DNA of 64,000 bases from an uncultured candidate division Zixibacteria bacterium (GCA_963668625.2 CAXXKA010000010.1:96001-160000); one strand, 5' to 3'. Shown: positions 1 to 11,070, counted from the first letter of the stretch. Notes: generated from the letters alone by a model not told the origin. Program-made: numbers and translations.

Positions 1-2
1 CG

Positions 3-332
3 CTAAATCTCGATGTCTCGATCCTTAGTGGCATTATTACCACTACCACCAAAGAAGCTGTGGAGATGGCTAAAATATTAGCCGCCAAAGAGGGGATATT
101 CTGCGGAATATCATCGGGTTCTAATGTCGCCTCGGCTGTTAAGCTGGCGAAGAAACATCCGGAGATAAAACGAATCGTAACCATGATTAACGACACGGGT
201 CAGCGTTATTTCTCGACACCGTTATGCGGGGTGGAGAAACATCTGGAGATACCCGAAAGATCTCACCCTATGGACGATAGAACTATTGCGGAGCTGGATA
301 AATATCAAGCTGACTGGGAAATTATCGAATGA
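3..332 (+). CDS. cysK: Cysteine synthase family PLP enzyme, C-terminal part (5' end outside window)
   Basis: Frame open from base 3; motifs EGIFCGISSGSNV and DTGQRYFST match the CysK/CysM C-terminus. Confidence 0.8.
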   Translation, partial: LNLDVSILSGIITTTTKEAVEMAKILAAKEGIFCGISSGSNVASAVKLAKKHPEIKRIVTMINDTGQRYFSTPLCGVEKHLEIPERSHPMDDRTIAELDKYQADWEIIE

Positions 333-1537
333 GTACACCTGATCCCAAAGAGATATTAAAAAGTGCGGAGAAATACCGCGACTACTCCAGCGAGCTGCTC
401 TCGAAACTGATCAGGATACCGTCGGTTTCCGGTGAGGAGAAAAGCGTAGTCGAATTCCTCGAACAGGAATTCAATGAGTGCGGTGCTGATGAGGTTACTA
501 TCGATCCTTTCGGCAACATAATCGCCCGGTTGGGTAGCGGTAAGCCGGCAATCGCTCTCGATGCTCATATCGATACGGTCGATATCGGTATGAAAGACCA
601 GTGGCAAACCGATCCGTTCTCGGGCATAATCCGGGATGGTAAAGTATTCGGCAGGGGAACATCCGACCAGAAAGCCGGTATGGCCTCCATGATGACAGCC
701 CTGAGAATTCTTAAAGAATGCTGTGATGATTTTCCGTTCACACTGTATTTTACCGGTTCGGTACTGGAGGAGGATTGTGACGGTTTATGCTGGCAGTATA
801 TTATCAAAGAGGACAAACTAAAACCCGATCTGGTAATCATCACCGAACCAACCGACGGTAAAATCAATCGCGGGCAACGCGGACGTATGGAGATCGAGAT
901 CGTTACGAAAGGCGTATCATGTCATGGTTCGGCTCCGGAGCGTGGCGATAACGCGATCTACAAGTTGGCCCCGATAATAACCGCCCTCGAGAAACTTAAC
1001 GAGAGATTAAAAACGGATGAGTTCCTGGGGAAAGGCACCCTGGCTATCTCGAGAATTCGATCCAATGCTCCCTCGCTTTGTGCCGTGGCGGATATGGCGG
1101 CGTTATATATAGACAGGCGAACCACCGCCGGCGAGACCGCCGAATCGGTAGTTGCCGAGATTAACGCCTTACCTGAGGTAAGGGCGGCGAACGCTACCAT
1201 AGTGATTCCTGAATATGACAGGCGTACCTGGAACGGGCTGTCGTACCCTACCTCCAAAATATTTCCGGCCTGGGCGCTTCCCGAGAATCATGATTATCTG
1301 GATAAGGCATCAGGATGCTATGAGTCGTTATTCGATACCGAGCCCGTAATAGATAAATGGACGTTCTCGACTAATGGTGTAGCCACTATGGGCATGTTCG
1401 ATATTCCAACGTTCGGTTATGGCCCGGGGATGGAGAAAATGGCACACGCGCCCAATGAGTACATGAATATAGATGACCTCGTGAAATGCTCGGCGTTTTA
1501 TGCCGCTTATCCTTTTGCGTTTGTCAATGAATACTAA
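329..1537 (+). CDS. YgeY-family M20 metallo-amidohydrolase
   Basis: M20 motifs DAHIDTV, GRGTSDQK, EEDCDG and HAPNE; the EEDCDGLCWQY and WTFSTNGV segments are typical of YgeY. Confidence 0.85.
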   Translation: MSTPDPKEILKSAEKYRDYSSELLSKLIRIPSVSGEEKSVVEFLEQEFNECGADEVTIDPFGNIIARLGSGKPAIALDAHIDTVDIGMKDQWQTDPFSGIIRDGKVFGRGTSDQKAGMASMMTALRILKECCDDFPFTLYFTGSVLEEDCDGLCWQYIIKEDKLKPDLVIITEPTDGKINRGQRGRMEIEIVTKGVSCHGSAPERGDNAIYKLAPIITALEKLNERLKTDEFLGKGTLAISRIRSNAPSLCAVADMAALYIDRRTTAGETAESVVAEINALPEVRAANATIVIPEYDRRTWNGLSYPTSKIFPAWALPENHDYLDKASGCYESLFDTEPVIDKWTFSTNGVATMGMFDIPTFGYGPGMEKMAHAPNEYMNIDDLVKCSAFYAAYPFAFVNEY

Positions 1538-1542
1538 TTCAT

Positions 1543-1796
1543 TTCTAGTGTCTGGCTTTTCCTTCTCGTTGCGAAGCGCTGCTTTGTAAGGTGGCTTGTT
1601 TGCAGGCAGAATGCGCATTCTACATGACTCGAGAAGGTTCCCAGGCAGCGCTTGGAAACCAGGGAACCAAGCCTGGCATCGGCAGGACATATCAGGACGC
1701 ATGATACGATGAATATATAATTGTATCAGAAAATATCTTTCACTAATAATCCCAATGAGAAATTTAAAATTTATCGAAAAACACCGGACACTAGTG
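1543..1796 (+). mobile_element. MITE family A copy 1 (degenerate; left TIR damaged, no TSD visible)
   Basis: Colinear with 28678-28932; ends CTAGTGTCTGG...CCGGACACTAGTG; lies between convergent ygeY-like and xdhC genes. Confidence 0.85.
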
Positions 1797-1818
1797 AAAA
1801 TAATAGAAAATTAATCAG

Positions 1819-2595
1819 CTACAATATTTCACTGTGACGTTTAACGCTAATCACCTCGGCGGCGATCGCTATGGCTATCTCGTGTGGCCCCTCGGCGCCA
1901 ATGCTGAGGCCTATCGGTGAGTGAACTTTTTCGAGAAGTTTTATGTCGATGCCATCGCTTTTCAACGCGGCATAGGTTCTGGCTATTTTCTTTTTCGAGC
2001 CAATCATTCCGATATAGGCGTATTCTTTCGTGACGACTTTCGCCAGTATATCTTTATCGTACTTATGACCCTGGGTAACTATTACTATATAGCAATTTCG
2101 GTCAATCTCGGGGATATCTGCCTGGTAGTTTTCATCGGCGAGTATGGTTTGTACCGGCGGCTCGTAATGGGCCAATATCTCTTTTCTGTTATCTATAACT
2201 ATCGTTCGGAAATTCAGGCCTGCCATTACCTCGGTTAATGCCCGGCAGACATGTCCGCCACCGAATATCAGAAGTTTATCCGGGGCATCATATAACTCCA
2301 GGAAGACCTGCGCTTTGCCGCCGCATATCATACCGGTTGAATCCGGTCCGGCCTCCTCCAAATCATATGATTCGAGCAGATGCTTGGCGTATCCGGTAAA
2401 AAGGGAAAGGGCGTTCTCTACGACAATTCTTTCGAAATTACCACCGCCGATCGTCCCCTCCAGCGCGCCATCCCGATATACTATCATCTTGGCTCCGGGT
2501 CGCCTGGGAGTATGACCGGAGGTATCGACCAGCGTTGCCAGCACGCACGGTATCCCACGTTCGATATTATCATTTACTTTTTTAATGATATCCAT
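1819..2595 (-). CDS. xdhC: XdhC/CoxI family xanthine dehydrogenase accessory protein
   Basis: Motifs TPRRPGAKM, GTIGGG, GMICGG, YIGMIGSKKK and HSPIGLSIGAEGPHEIAIAI. Confidence 0.9.
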   Translation of the reverse strand: MDIIKKVNDNIERGIPCVLATLVDTSGHTPRRPGAKMIVYRDGALEGTIGGGNFERIVVENALSLFTGYAKHLLESYDLEEAGPDSTGMICGGKAQVFLELYDAPDKLLIFGGGHVCRALTEVMAGLNFRTIVIDNRKEILAHYEPPVQTILADENYQADIPEIDRNCYIVIVTQGHKYDKDILAKVVTKEYAYIGMIGSKKKIARTYAALKSDGIDIKLLEKVHSPIGLSIGAEGPHEIAIAIAAEVISVKRHSEIL

Positions 2596-2724
2596 CTTAA
2601 AAAATTCTCCTGAATATCTAATTTAAACATATATCTAAGGAATATCAATATTTTGTTTGAATAAATACGGATGGCGGCGATAATCAGTATAGTATAAGTA
2701 GATTATTGTAACGAAACCGGACTA

Positions 2725-3966
2725 TCAATCTCTGTATTTTTTAACTATCAGGCTGGCGTTTCCACCACCGAAACCGAATGAGTTGCTCATGCCGTATTCC
2801 AGGTCGATCGATTCCGTTCCTTTCGTAACATAGTCGAGCGGGCACTCGGGATCGGGTTCGCTGTAGTTAATAGTCGGTGGGATCTTACCGGAATAAACGC
2901 TCATAACCGTAGCGACGAACTCCACCGCTCCGGCAGCCGCCATGAGGTGGCCGATCATCGACTTAATCGAACTGACTTTAAGATTTTTAGCATGTTCGCC
3001 GAACGCTTTGATTATCGCCGCGCTTTCGCATTTATCGTTCAGGACAGTCGAGGTTCCATGCGCATTGATATAACCGATTGCCTCCGGCTCCAACCTGGCA
3101 TCGCGAAGAGCTACTCCCATCACCCGTATCATACCATCACTCTCGGGCTCCGGAGCGGTGAAATGGTAAGCATCTGCAGTATTGCCGTAACCGACAAGTT
3201 CGGCGTAAATTTTAGCCCCACGTTTCCGGGCATGATCGAGATTCTCGAGAATGACTATTCCTGATCCCTCACCCATCACGAAACCATCGCGGTTTTTATC
3301 GAATGGCCGGCAAGCGGTGTTCGGATCGTTGCTGGGGGAGAGCGAGCGAGTAGCGCAGAAACCACCGTATGCCAGCGGCGTTATACAAGCCTCGGAGCCG
3401 CCTGCGAGCATGATATCGGCGTCGCCTCTTTGCAGGATACGGAAAGCATCACCGATAGCGTTCGAGCCGGTGGAGCAGGCAACCGAGGGCGCCGAAAGCG
3501 GTCCTTTCAAACCATGAGTGATCGAGACCATACAGGCGGCCATGTTTACCAGCAGTTTGGAAACAAGAAACGGATTCATGCTTTTCGAACCTTTATTCAG
3601 AAGCGTGGAATGCGCCTCCTCGATAGTTTCGGTACCGCCTATTCCTGAGCCGATTATAACGCCTGCCCTGGTCTTATCGTAGGAGTTGCTGGTCATTCCG
3701 GCATTCTCAATCGCCATTGTGGCAGCCGATAAGCCGAACTGTGAAAAACGATCCATACGCGCGGCTGTTTTTTTCTCGATCCAGTCGACGGCGTTGAAGT
3801 TTTGCACCTCGGCGGCGAGGCTGGAACGAAAATCGGAAACATCGAAATGAGTTACCTCACCGATTCCGTTTCGCCCGGCTATCAATCCCTGCCAGAAATT
3901 TTCAACGCCCAGACCGATTGGTGTTATCGCGCCCAGACCGGTAATTACTACTCGATGTTCTTTCAT
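2725..3966 (-). CDS. fabF: Beta-ketoacyl-ACP synthase II
   Basis: RVVITGLG, catalytic Cys in VACSTG, INAHGTST, KSMIGHL, SNSFGFGG. Confidence 0.93.
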   Translation of the reverse strand: MKEHRVVITGLGAITPIGLGVENFWQGLIAGRNGIGEVTHFDVSDFRSSLAAEVQNFNAVDWIEKKTAARMDRFSQFGLSAATMAIENAGMTSNSYDKTRAGVIIGSGIGGTETIEEAHSTLLNKGSKSMNPFLVSKLLVNMAACMVSITHGLKGPLSAPSVACSTGSNAIGDAFRILQRGDADIMLAGGSEACITPLAYGGFCATRSLSPSNDPNTACRPFDKNRDGFVMGEGSGIVILENLDHARKRGAKIYAELVGYGNTADAYHFTAPEPESDGMIRVMGVALRDARLEPEAIGYINAHGTSTVLNDKCESAAIIKAFGEHAKNLKVSSIKSMIGHLMAAAGAVEFVATVMSVYSGKIPPTINYSEPDPECPLDYVTKGTESIDLEYGMSNSFGFGGGNASLIVKKYRD

Positions 3967-4364
3967 GGTGACTGCCTGCCTCCTACACTATTACCACAGG
4001 CTGGGATTCCATCAGCATGCCCGTGTTTGAATGTTTTACGCAACATCAACTAGCTTTGTTACTATAACTATAATACAATACCACCCTTTAGTAAACGTTT
4101 TCCGGTCATAAAATGGCATACGAAAAGTAATGACAAATATTTTGGCTCAATTACATTTTCTTAAGCATCTCGTTTGGATTATACTTGCATTGACTGCAGT
4201 CCGGGGTTTTTCAACTTATGCTACAATAGACCGGTCACAATTGATTTTCAATGATATTTTGTATCGATTTTTGCGGATCGATATTACTTGCCTCAGGATG
4301 GAAGGAACGACTATTAAATTGCTTACCAATGAGCCAATAAACCCTCAATTGAGGTTGGCATAAC

Positions 4365-4393
4365 TTGACAAATCGTGATTAACTCGTTATATT
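4365..4393 (+). promoter_or_regulatory. Sigma70-type promoter for the ACT-domain gene
   Basis: TTGACA-17 nt-TATATT. Confidence 0.6.
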
Positions 4394-4531
4394 TAAAACA
4401 AGCACCAGCAATGATATAAGACGTTTATGTTTTCCGGCATCGATTGATATCATTCGGGTCGTCATCACCGAGTAACGACATCAAAGAATAGTATTGAAAT
4501 CGATATAGAGCCTTTAAACAAGGAGTATGTT

Positions 4532-4981
4532 ATGTCACAGAGAGTTTTAGAGGTCGAATATTATCATTGCACGGTGGCCGATAAGCCGGGCGAGGCCAGG
4601 AAGATGCTGGAATTTCTCAGCGAGAAACAGGTCAACCTGATGGCTTTTAACGCATACCCCAGAACCGGCGGTAAAAGCCAGCTCGATTTCTTCCCGGAAA
4701 ACCCGCAGGCTTTAAAGCAGGCTGCCAGTGATGCCGGTATCGAGCTGACCGGCCCGATAAAAGCGTTTCTGCTTCAGGGAGAGGATAAAATAGGCGCGTT
4801 GTACGATCCGCTCTTGAAATTATCCAATGCCGGCGTTAATATCACCGCCAGCACGGCTATAGTTGATGGTACCGGGCGTTTCGGGTATATCGTATGGGTG
4901 AGCGGCACGGAATACGATAAAGCCGCCGAGGCTTTGAAAAGCAGCGATTGGCGCACGATACAAACCAGCCCACCGAAATAG
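4532..4981 (+). CDS. Tandem ACT-domain protein
   Basis: VADKPGE...LSEKQVNL and EDKIGAL...LSNAGVNI ACT-like repeats; AAGGAG RBS. Confidence 0.7.
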   Translation: MSQRVLEVEYYHCTVADKPGEARKMLEFLSEKQVNLMAFNAYPRTGGKSQLDFFPENPQALKQAASDAGIELTGPIKAFLLQGEDKIGALYDPLLKLSNAGVNITASTAIVDGTGRFGYIVWVSGTEYDKAAEALKSSDWRTIQTSPPK

Positions 4982-5092
4982 GGGGGTCGGGCTTAATACA
5001 TTTTCTGACTTTAACGGATCATCAAAACCGCAGGGATTTTGGCCTGCTCCAACCGATGGTTGAAGGTAGCTGTAACTGGTTCAGAAACTCGG

Positions 5093-5343
5093 GGGATTGT
5101 TGAGAAAGTCTCCTATGGTGTTATTGGGTGTCATTGCGAGAGAGTAAAACGGACGGAGCAATCCGTATGTTATAAACACCGAATAGATTGGTTACTTCAC
5201 TAAGTTAGTAATGGCAGTTTCTATATCGAGCAGTAAGGAATCCTTCCCGTCCTGCAGTATTCATGTAGTATTTCGTCACGTTAGAATGAATAAAGGACTT
5301 CGTCCGGCTGCCAACACGGGCAACAGATTTTTTCGACAACCCT
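5093..5343 (-). mobile_element. MITE family B, degenerate copy carrying an internal REP doublet
   Basis: Imperfect TIRs GGATTGTTGAGAAAGTC / GATTTTTTCGACAACCC; 5235-5342 resembles the reverse complement of 62359-62470. Confidence 0.65.
5129..5216. repeat. Degenerate GTCATTGCGAG-type REP doublet inside MITE B
   Basis: TGTCATTGCGAG...GCAATCC, then inverted GATTG...TAGTAATGGCA. Confidence 0.5.
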
Positions 5344-5400
5344 AAAGTTTGGTAACGAGTAGTAAATATCTCAGGTTGGAAGTATCAATATCCTGAGAGC

Positions 5401-5431
5401 AAAAAAGCCAGGAGATATACCTCCCGGCTTT
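5401..5431 (-). terminator. Rho-independent terminator after cydB
   Basis: AAAGCCAGGAG / CTCCCGGCTTT hairpin; the A-run reads as a U-tract on the minus strand. Confidence 0.75.
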
Positions 5432-5454
5432 CATACTTAATATACAATCTAAGG

Positions 5455-6477
5455 CTAATAGCTCGATTCGTTCAGCTTCACCTTGCCCCGGAAAATCCAA
5501 TATATACTAACCGTGTAAGCGATCACCATCGGCATACCTATGCCGGCTATTATCAACATGATACCAAGTGTTTTCGAGGAGGAGGCGGAGTTGTAGATAT
5601 TAAGCGAATGCTCGGCTATTGGTGTGGAGTAGATCAAGTCCGGGAACATGCCGATACCGAATAAAGTCAGTAAGGCGACCATCGAGGCGCACGAGGACAA
5701 AAAGGCGCGGAAATCATTGCCGTGATGAATCTCGCGCGGGATGTTGGCTATCGCCAGGGCGTTTAATATCGGTACCGCCAGGAATATCGGGTACTGTTTC
5801 AATGCCTCGGTCATATGTTCCACGAACAGCAATGTGGCCAGCGTAGTGAATACGTAGCATATCACGAAAAGGATGATCGTTTTATTAATCCAGCCGCGCA
5901 CTTTCTGCTGAAGCTCTCCCTCCGTTTTCATAGCTGCGTATATCGCGCCGTGCATGATAAATAATGTCACGGTGGTTATGCCCACGATAATCGGGTATGG
6001 TTTCAATAGCGCGAAAAAGCCGCCGATATACTCATGGCTGTTATCGAGTGGTATGCCCCAGGCGATATTACCCAGGGCCACACCGATAAGCAGGGCCGAA
6101 AGTACGCTGGAAACACTGAAGCTGACATCCCAGAACTGACGCCAGGTTTTGCCGGGACGTTTGCTCCTGAAATCGATTGCTACGGCGCGGAAAATTAATC
6201 CCACCAGAAGCAGCATTAAAGCGGTATAAAATCCCGAGAAAGCGGTAGCGTAAACCTCCGGGAACGCCGCGAACAACGCGCCGCCGCCGGTAACCAGCCA
6301 GACCTCGTTGCCATCCCAGACCGGGCCAATGGAATTTATCATTATTCGTCGCTCGGTATCGGTTTTGGTAAACAGGTGAAGACCGCCTATACCGAGGTCG
6401 AAACCATCGAGGATGGCATAGCCGGTAAACAGCACGCCAACCAGTATAAACCAGATCGTGTTTAAATCTATGTTCAT
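5455..6477 (-). CDS. cydB: Cytochrome bd ubiquinol oxidase subunit II
   Basis: LDGFDLGIG and GPVWDGNEVWL motifs; overlaps the cydA stop. Confidence 0.95.
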   Translation of the reverse strand: MNIDLNTIWFILVGVLFTGYAILDGFDLGIGGLHLFTKTDTERRIMINSIGPVWDGNEVWLVTGGGALFAAFPEVYATAFSGFYTALMLLLVGLIFRAVAIDFRSKRPGKTWRQFWDVSFSVSSVLSALLIGVALGNIAWGIPLDNSHEYIGGFFALLKPYPIIVGITTVTLFIMHGAIYAAMKTEGELQQKVRGWINKTIILFVICYVFTTLATLLFVEHMTEALKQYPIFLAVPILNALAIANIPREIHHGNDFRAFLSSCASMVALLTLFGIGMFPDLIYSTPIAEHSLNIYNSASSSKTLGIMLIIAGIGMPMVIAYTVSIYWIFRGKVKLNESSY

Positions 6478-7817
6478 GCTAAATGTCCCTCCTCAACGGT
6501 TATGTCCCCGGGACCTTTCTGTATTTTCTCGTTTAGAAGATAAATAAACAGCACGAAAAGCAGAATGTAAATTAGTGAGAACAATACTATCGAAAATATT
6601 ACCTCGCCGGCATCAACACTTACGGATAGCGCCTCTTGCGTGCGCAGGAGACCATACACTATCCAGGGTTGACGGCCTACCTCGGCGGCTATCCAGCCTA
6701 ACTGATTAGCCATCTGGGGGAGAAGCACCGAGAACACGAGTATGTAGAGATACCATCTACAGGTGAAAAGCGTTTGCCTGAACCAGAGGAACATGGCGAA
6801 CAAGGCCAGTAATATCAGCATCATACCTATTGCCACCATCAAATGGTAGCTCTGAAACACGATCTGCACCGGTGGCCTGTCCTCGGGCGGGAACGCGTTC
6901 AAGCCGGTAATCGGCGTGGTGAAATCACCATGCACCAGGAAGCTGAGCATACCCGGTATTTTAATCCCGACTACCTCCTGCTTGTCTTCGTTGACCCAGC
7001 CGAACAGGTAGAGATCCCCCGGCGCGTTCATATCATAGTGCGCCTCCATCGCCGCCAGTTTGGCCGGTTGTGTATCAGCTACCGTATCGGCGCTGCCATG
7101 ACCGGTTACGAGCTGCAAGACCGAGGCCACCACCGCGACCACGATTCCGATTTTGATAGAGGCTTTGGCGAATTCGATATTTTTCTTTTTCAGAAGATAA
7201 TACGCGCTGACACTGAGTACGAAAAACGCCGCCGCTTGCCAGGCTCCCATGTAAACATGAGATATCCTGTCCAGGAACGATGGATTGAATACCACCTGCC
7301 AGAAATCGGTAATCTCGGCTCTCATGCTATCCCCGAACGGTACTACCTTATGCCCGGCGGGGGTTTGCTGCCAGGAGTTGGCCACCACGATCCAGATGGC
7401 CGAAAGATGAGCGCCGAATGCTACGAGAATAGTCGCGATAAAATGCGTGCGAGGCTTTACCTTATCCCAGCCGAACAGTAGTATGGCCAAAAAGCCGGAT
7501 TCGAGGAAAAACGCGAATACGCCCTCGGCCGCCAGCGCGCTTCCGAAAACATCCCCGACGAACCTCGAATAAGTGGACCAGTTGGTACCGAACTGGAATT
7601 CCATTACGATACCGGTAGCTACTCCCAGGGCGAAAATCAATCCGAATATTTTCACCCAGAATCGGGTCATATTGTGGTAAAGCTCGTTCCCGGTTTTCAT
7701 ATATACGCCTTCCATGATCACCAGGATAAGCCCCAGCCCGATACTCAATGGAGGGAATAAGTAATGAAAACCAATCGTTAATGCGAATTGCATTCGTGAG
7801 AGAAGTTCTAAATCCAT
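6474..7817 (-). CDS. cydA: Cytochrome bd ubiquinol oxidase subunit I
   Basis: [24 protein letters not shown] and EVGRQPW motifs. Confidence 0.95.
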   Translation of the reverse strand: MDLELLSRMQFALTIGFHYLFPPLSIGLGLILVIMEGVYMKTGNELYHNMTRFWVKIFGLIFALGVATGIVMEFQFGTNWSTYSRFVGDVFGSALAAEGVFAFFLESGFLAILLFGWDKVKPRTHFIATILVAFGAHLSAIWIVVANSWQQTPAGHKVVPFGDSMRAEITDFWQVVFNPSFLDRISHVYMGAWQAAAFFVLSVSAYYLLKKKNIEFAKASIKIGIVVAVVASVLQLVTGHGSADTVADTQPAKLAAMEAHYDMNAPGDLYLFGWVNEDKQEVVGIKIPGMLSFLVHGDFTTPITGLNAFPPEDRPPVQIVFQSYHLMVAIGMMLILLALFAMFLWFRQTLFTCRWYLYILVFSVLLPQMANQLGWIAAEVGRQPWIVYGLLRTQEALSVSVDAGEVIFSIVLFSLIYILLFVLFIYLLNEKIQKGPGDITVEEGHLA

Positions 7818-8292
7818 TTACCTACCACTCTGTTAAATATTTAGAAATTTAATTAATTAGCATCCTGCCTTATTGTAAGACCACTCACGGATAATTCAAG
7901 CATTTAATCGCAAGAATAAAAGTCATGCGATAATATAAATTCCAAAACAATTCAACAGGTTCCCGGTTGATATTTATTTTATCAGGTCAAAACCTCGATA
8001 CGATTAGCATATTGCCGTATAATTGCTAAATTATTTTTAGGCTCACTAGTTAGACTTGTTGCATGTACCTTACAAGCCGAGATATCGATACAGGGATAGC
8101 AGTGAAATGCGCTAATGAATTTAATTGGTAGTTTCAGCAAATTCATCGTGGTCATAGATGCCGGCATGGTGTTGACTGGCTATTGATCTTCGCAGTCAGT
8201 GGATAATATTGCTTCCCCTCTGTTACGATTTAGCCAATTGACTAAAATCTCTTGGGCTTGCCTAATTTCCCAAAGCTTACTATATTATATGT

Positions 8293-9075
8293 ATGACCGA
8301 TAAAAAGGAATCAATACGCGATGATACCGCGAATAGTGAATTCGGTAGCGACTCTGATAGTAAACAGGGGGTTGATCGTAGAATTCAGGCATACCAACAG
8401 AAGTTTCGCCGATTGGCCTCGGAATTATCATTAGCTGAGGCGCGTGAACGTCGGGAGATAGCTTCTGATTTGCATGACCATGTAGGGCAGGCATTGGCTT
8501 TTGTATCGCAAAAAATCAGTACGCTTCAGGGTAATTCGATTTTCTCCGGTATGGAAGATGATTTCAGCAAGATTCTCGAGATTCTGGATCAAACGATTCG
8601 CTATACCAGAAATCTCACAATCGAGATAAGCCCGCCCGTGTTATATGATTTGGGTTTATACCCGGCAATCGAATGGCTGGCCGAGAAATCAACTCAAAAA
8701 TATGAAATCCAAATAGAAGTATCCCAATCGGGAAAATCATCTTCAGTAGATGAATCAATCAAGGTATTTATTTTTAAAACTATTAAAGAGCTGATAAGCA
8801 ACACCTCTAAACATGCCGGCGCGAAACTGGTCGACATAAAGGTAAACTGGGGCAAAGACATGTTCGATGTTGAAGTGTTCGATGACGGTCGGGGTTTTGA
8901 TACCTCGCAATTCGAAAGCGGTTTGTACGAGGGATCTTGTTTCGGGCTGTTCAATATCCGAGAGAGGCTTTCCTATATAGGAGGGACTTTCAAACTTATC
9001 TCCTCTCCCGGAAACGGAACCAGGGTCTCGATCAGTTCACCGTATAAAACATCAGATGAGGCCGATAGTGATTAA
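8293..9075 (+). CDS. NarX/UhpB-type (HisKA_3) histidine kinase with no recognisable sensor domain
   Basis: ERREIASDLHDHVGQAL H-box; N, DDGRGF, FGL and GTRV boxes; about 40 polar residues before the coiled coil and no TM helix. Confidence 0.85.
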   Translation: MTDKKESIRDDTANSEFGSDSDSKQGVDRRIQAYQQKFRRLASELSLAEARERREIASDLHDHVGQALAFVSQKISTLQGNSIFSGMEDDFSKILEILDQTIRYTRNLTIEISPPVLYDLGLYPAIEWLAEKSTQKYEIQIEVSQSGKSSSVDESIKVFIFKTIKELISNTSKHAGAKLVDIKVNWGKDMFDVEVFDDGRGFDTSQFESGLYEGSCFGLFNIRERLSYIGGTFKLISSPGNGTRVSISSPYKTSDEADSD

Positions 9076-9715
9076 GGTATTACTCGCTGATGACCATATG
9101 CTGCTGATAGAAGGTCTGCGCCCGCTTCTGGATAAACATCAAAATATAGAGGTGATAGGTGTTGCCCGAGATGGTGTCGAGGCCGTGGAACTTGCCCATA
9201 AAACCAAACCGGATATCATCCTTCTGGACATTTCCATGCCCCGATTGAATGGTATCGATGCCGCCAGAAAGATACTTCGCGATTTAACGGATACGAAAAT
9301 TATCATACTCTCCATGCATGCCGATCGCCGCTACATCCAGGAGGCGATCAGAGCGGGGGCCTGTGGTTACATATTAAAAGAATCGGCGGTTAAAGAGGTT
9401 ATCAGGGCAATAGAGACCGTTCAAAAAGGCGAGTTGTTTTTCAGCCATTCGGTTAAAGATCAGGTACTGCAGGAGTATGTGGAACTGGTAAGAGAGAAGG
9501 AAAGCCTTTCCGAATCGCCGCTGAGTCCCCGGGAGCGAGAGGTTTTACAGCTTCTAGCCGAGGGAAAATCAACGAAAGATGCCGCCGGAATCCTGAATGT
9601 CAGCATTAAAACCGTAGAGAGCCATCGCAAACAGGTGATGGATAAGCTCGGTTTACACAGTATCGCCGAATTGACCAAGTACGCTATCCGCGAGGGACTT
9701 ACGCAAATCGATTAG
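9056..9715 (+). CDS. NarL/LuxR-family response regulator
   Basis: Receiver ADDH and LLDISMP; HTH LSPREREVLQLLAEGKSTK...SIKTVESHR. Confidence 0.92.
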   Translation: MRPIVIKVLLADDHMLLIEGLRPLLDKHQNIEVIGVARDGVEAVELAHKTKPDIILLDISMPRLNGIDAARKILRDLTDTKIIILSMHADRRYIQEAIRAGACGYILKESAVKEVIRAIETVQKGELFFSHSVKDQVLQEYVELVREKESLSESPLSPREREVLQLLAEGKSTKDAAGILNVSIKTVESHRKQVMDKLGLHSIAELTKYAIREGLTQID

Positions 9716-9864
9716 TCGTAATCTACCAAATCCCTTATCGAATTGTACTCTATATGAGAAATCCTTAAGGGAATCATTCCGAAATAATCAGGTAAAGTCT
9801 TATTTTCTTATTTTTAACATTTGGCAATATTAATTTCAGATGAATATTAATTAGGAGGATCAAA

Positions 9865-11070
9865 ATGTTTGACACTGGCAACACCGGCTTTATGCTGGTC
9901 GCAACCAGCCTGGTTATGCTTATGACACCGGGGCTGGCTTTCTTCTATGGCGGCCTCGTGGGGCGTAAAAACGTGCTATCGATCATGATTCAGAGTTTCG
10001 TCTCGATGGGCGTTACTACTATCCTGTGGTATGCCGTAGGCTTCTCGCTCTGTTTCAGCGGAGGCGAGGGAGGTATCATCGGTAATCTCGATATGGCTTT
10101 CTTGAATGGCGTCGATGCCACGACGGCTTTCGGGGACGGCCAGATACCGATGTTCGTTTTCTTCGCTTACCAGATGATGTTCGCTATTATCACTCCCGCC
10201 CTGATTACCGGAGCTTTCTCCAATCGTGTGCGGTTCCCCGCTTACCTGGTATTCCTGGTGGCCTGGCTTCTGCTCGTCTACTTCCCCTTCGTACATATGA
10301 TCTGGGGCGGCGGAATTCTGGCCGAATGGGGTGTGCTTGATTTTGCGGGTGGTATAGCGGTACACAACATTGCCGGTATGGCGGCATTAGCCTCGGTACT
10401 GTTCGTTGGCCGTAGAAGAGTTGCGGATAAAGGCCCACATAGTATTCCCCTGGTTGCGTTGGGTACCGGTTTGCTCTGGTTCGGTTGGTATGGTTTTAAC
10501 GCCGGCAGTGAGCTTCAGGTTGACTCGATCACTGCCCTGGCATTCGTCAACACCGATGTTGCCGCATCATTTGCTGCGATTTCCTGGTTGTTTTTGGAAT
10601 GGACACTGGCCAAGAAGCCGAAAATCGTTGGTTTGTTGACCGGCGCTGTCGCCGGCCTGGCTACGATTACCCCGGCTGCCGCTTATGTCTCGACAAGCTC
10701 CGCCGCAATTATCGGTTTGTGTGCCGGTATAATTTGTTATGGCGCGGTTAGCTTGAAAAACAAGCTCCAGTGGGATGATGCTCTCGATGTCTGGGGCGTT
10801 CACGGAGTCGGCGGTGCGCTGGGTATTATCATGCTTGGCCTGCTGGGCAGTACGGCCGTTAACTCGGCTGGCGCCGATGGCCTATTATTCGGCGGCGTTG
10901 ATTTCTTCTTTAAAGAGCTGGTTGGCATCGTGGTGTCATCCATTTATGCCTTCGTCTTTACATATGCGATGCTCTGGATTATCAATAAGATTACTACCGT
11001 TAAAACGACGGAGGGTGAGGAAACCACTCTTGACGAGTCGTTACACGGCGAAAACGCTTATATCAATTAA
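9865..11070 (+). CDS. amtB: Ammonium transporter (Amt family)
   Basis: MTPGLAFFYGG, DFAGGIAVH, WFGWYGFNAGS, DDALDVWGVHG and C-terminal HGENAY; AGGAGG RBS. Confidence 0.95.
   Translation: MFDTGNTGFMLVATSLVMLMTPGLAFFYGGLVGRKNVLSIMIQSFVSMGVTTILWYAVGFSLCFSGGEGGIIGNLDMAFLNGVDATTAFGDGQIPMFVFFAYQMMFAIITPALITGAFSNRVRFPAYLVFLVAWLLLVYFPFVHMIWGGGILAEWGVLDFAGGIAVHNIAGMAALASVLFVGRRRVADKGPHSIPLVALGTGLLWFGWYGFNAGSELQVDSITALAFVNTDVAASFAAISWLFLEWTLAKKPKIVGLLTGAVAGLATITPAAAYVSTSSAAIIGLCAGIICYGAVSLKNKLQWDDALDVWGVHGVGGALGIIMLGLLGSTAVNSAGADGLLFGGVDFFFKELVGIVVSSIYAFVFTYAMLWIINKITTVKTTEGEETTLDESLHGENAYIN

Noticed and set aside
4130-4363. Short intergenic ORFs 4130-4363, 7982-8167, 27563-27799, 39987-40190, 45633-45929 and 62571-62783
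   Set aside because: No recognisable motifs or clear RBS; several overlap repeats or a pseudogene on the other strand.
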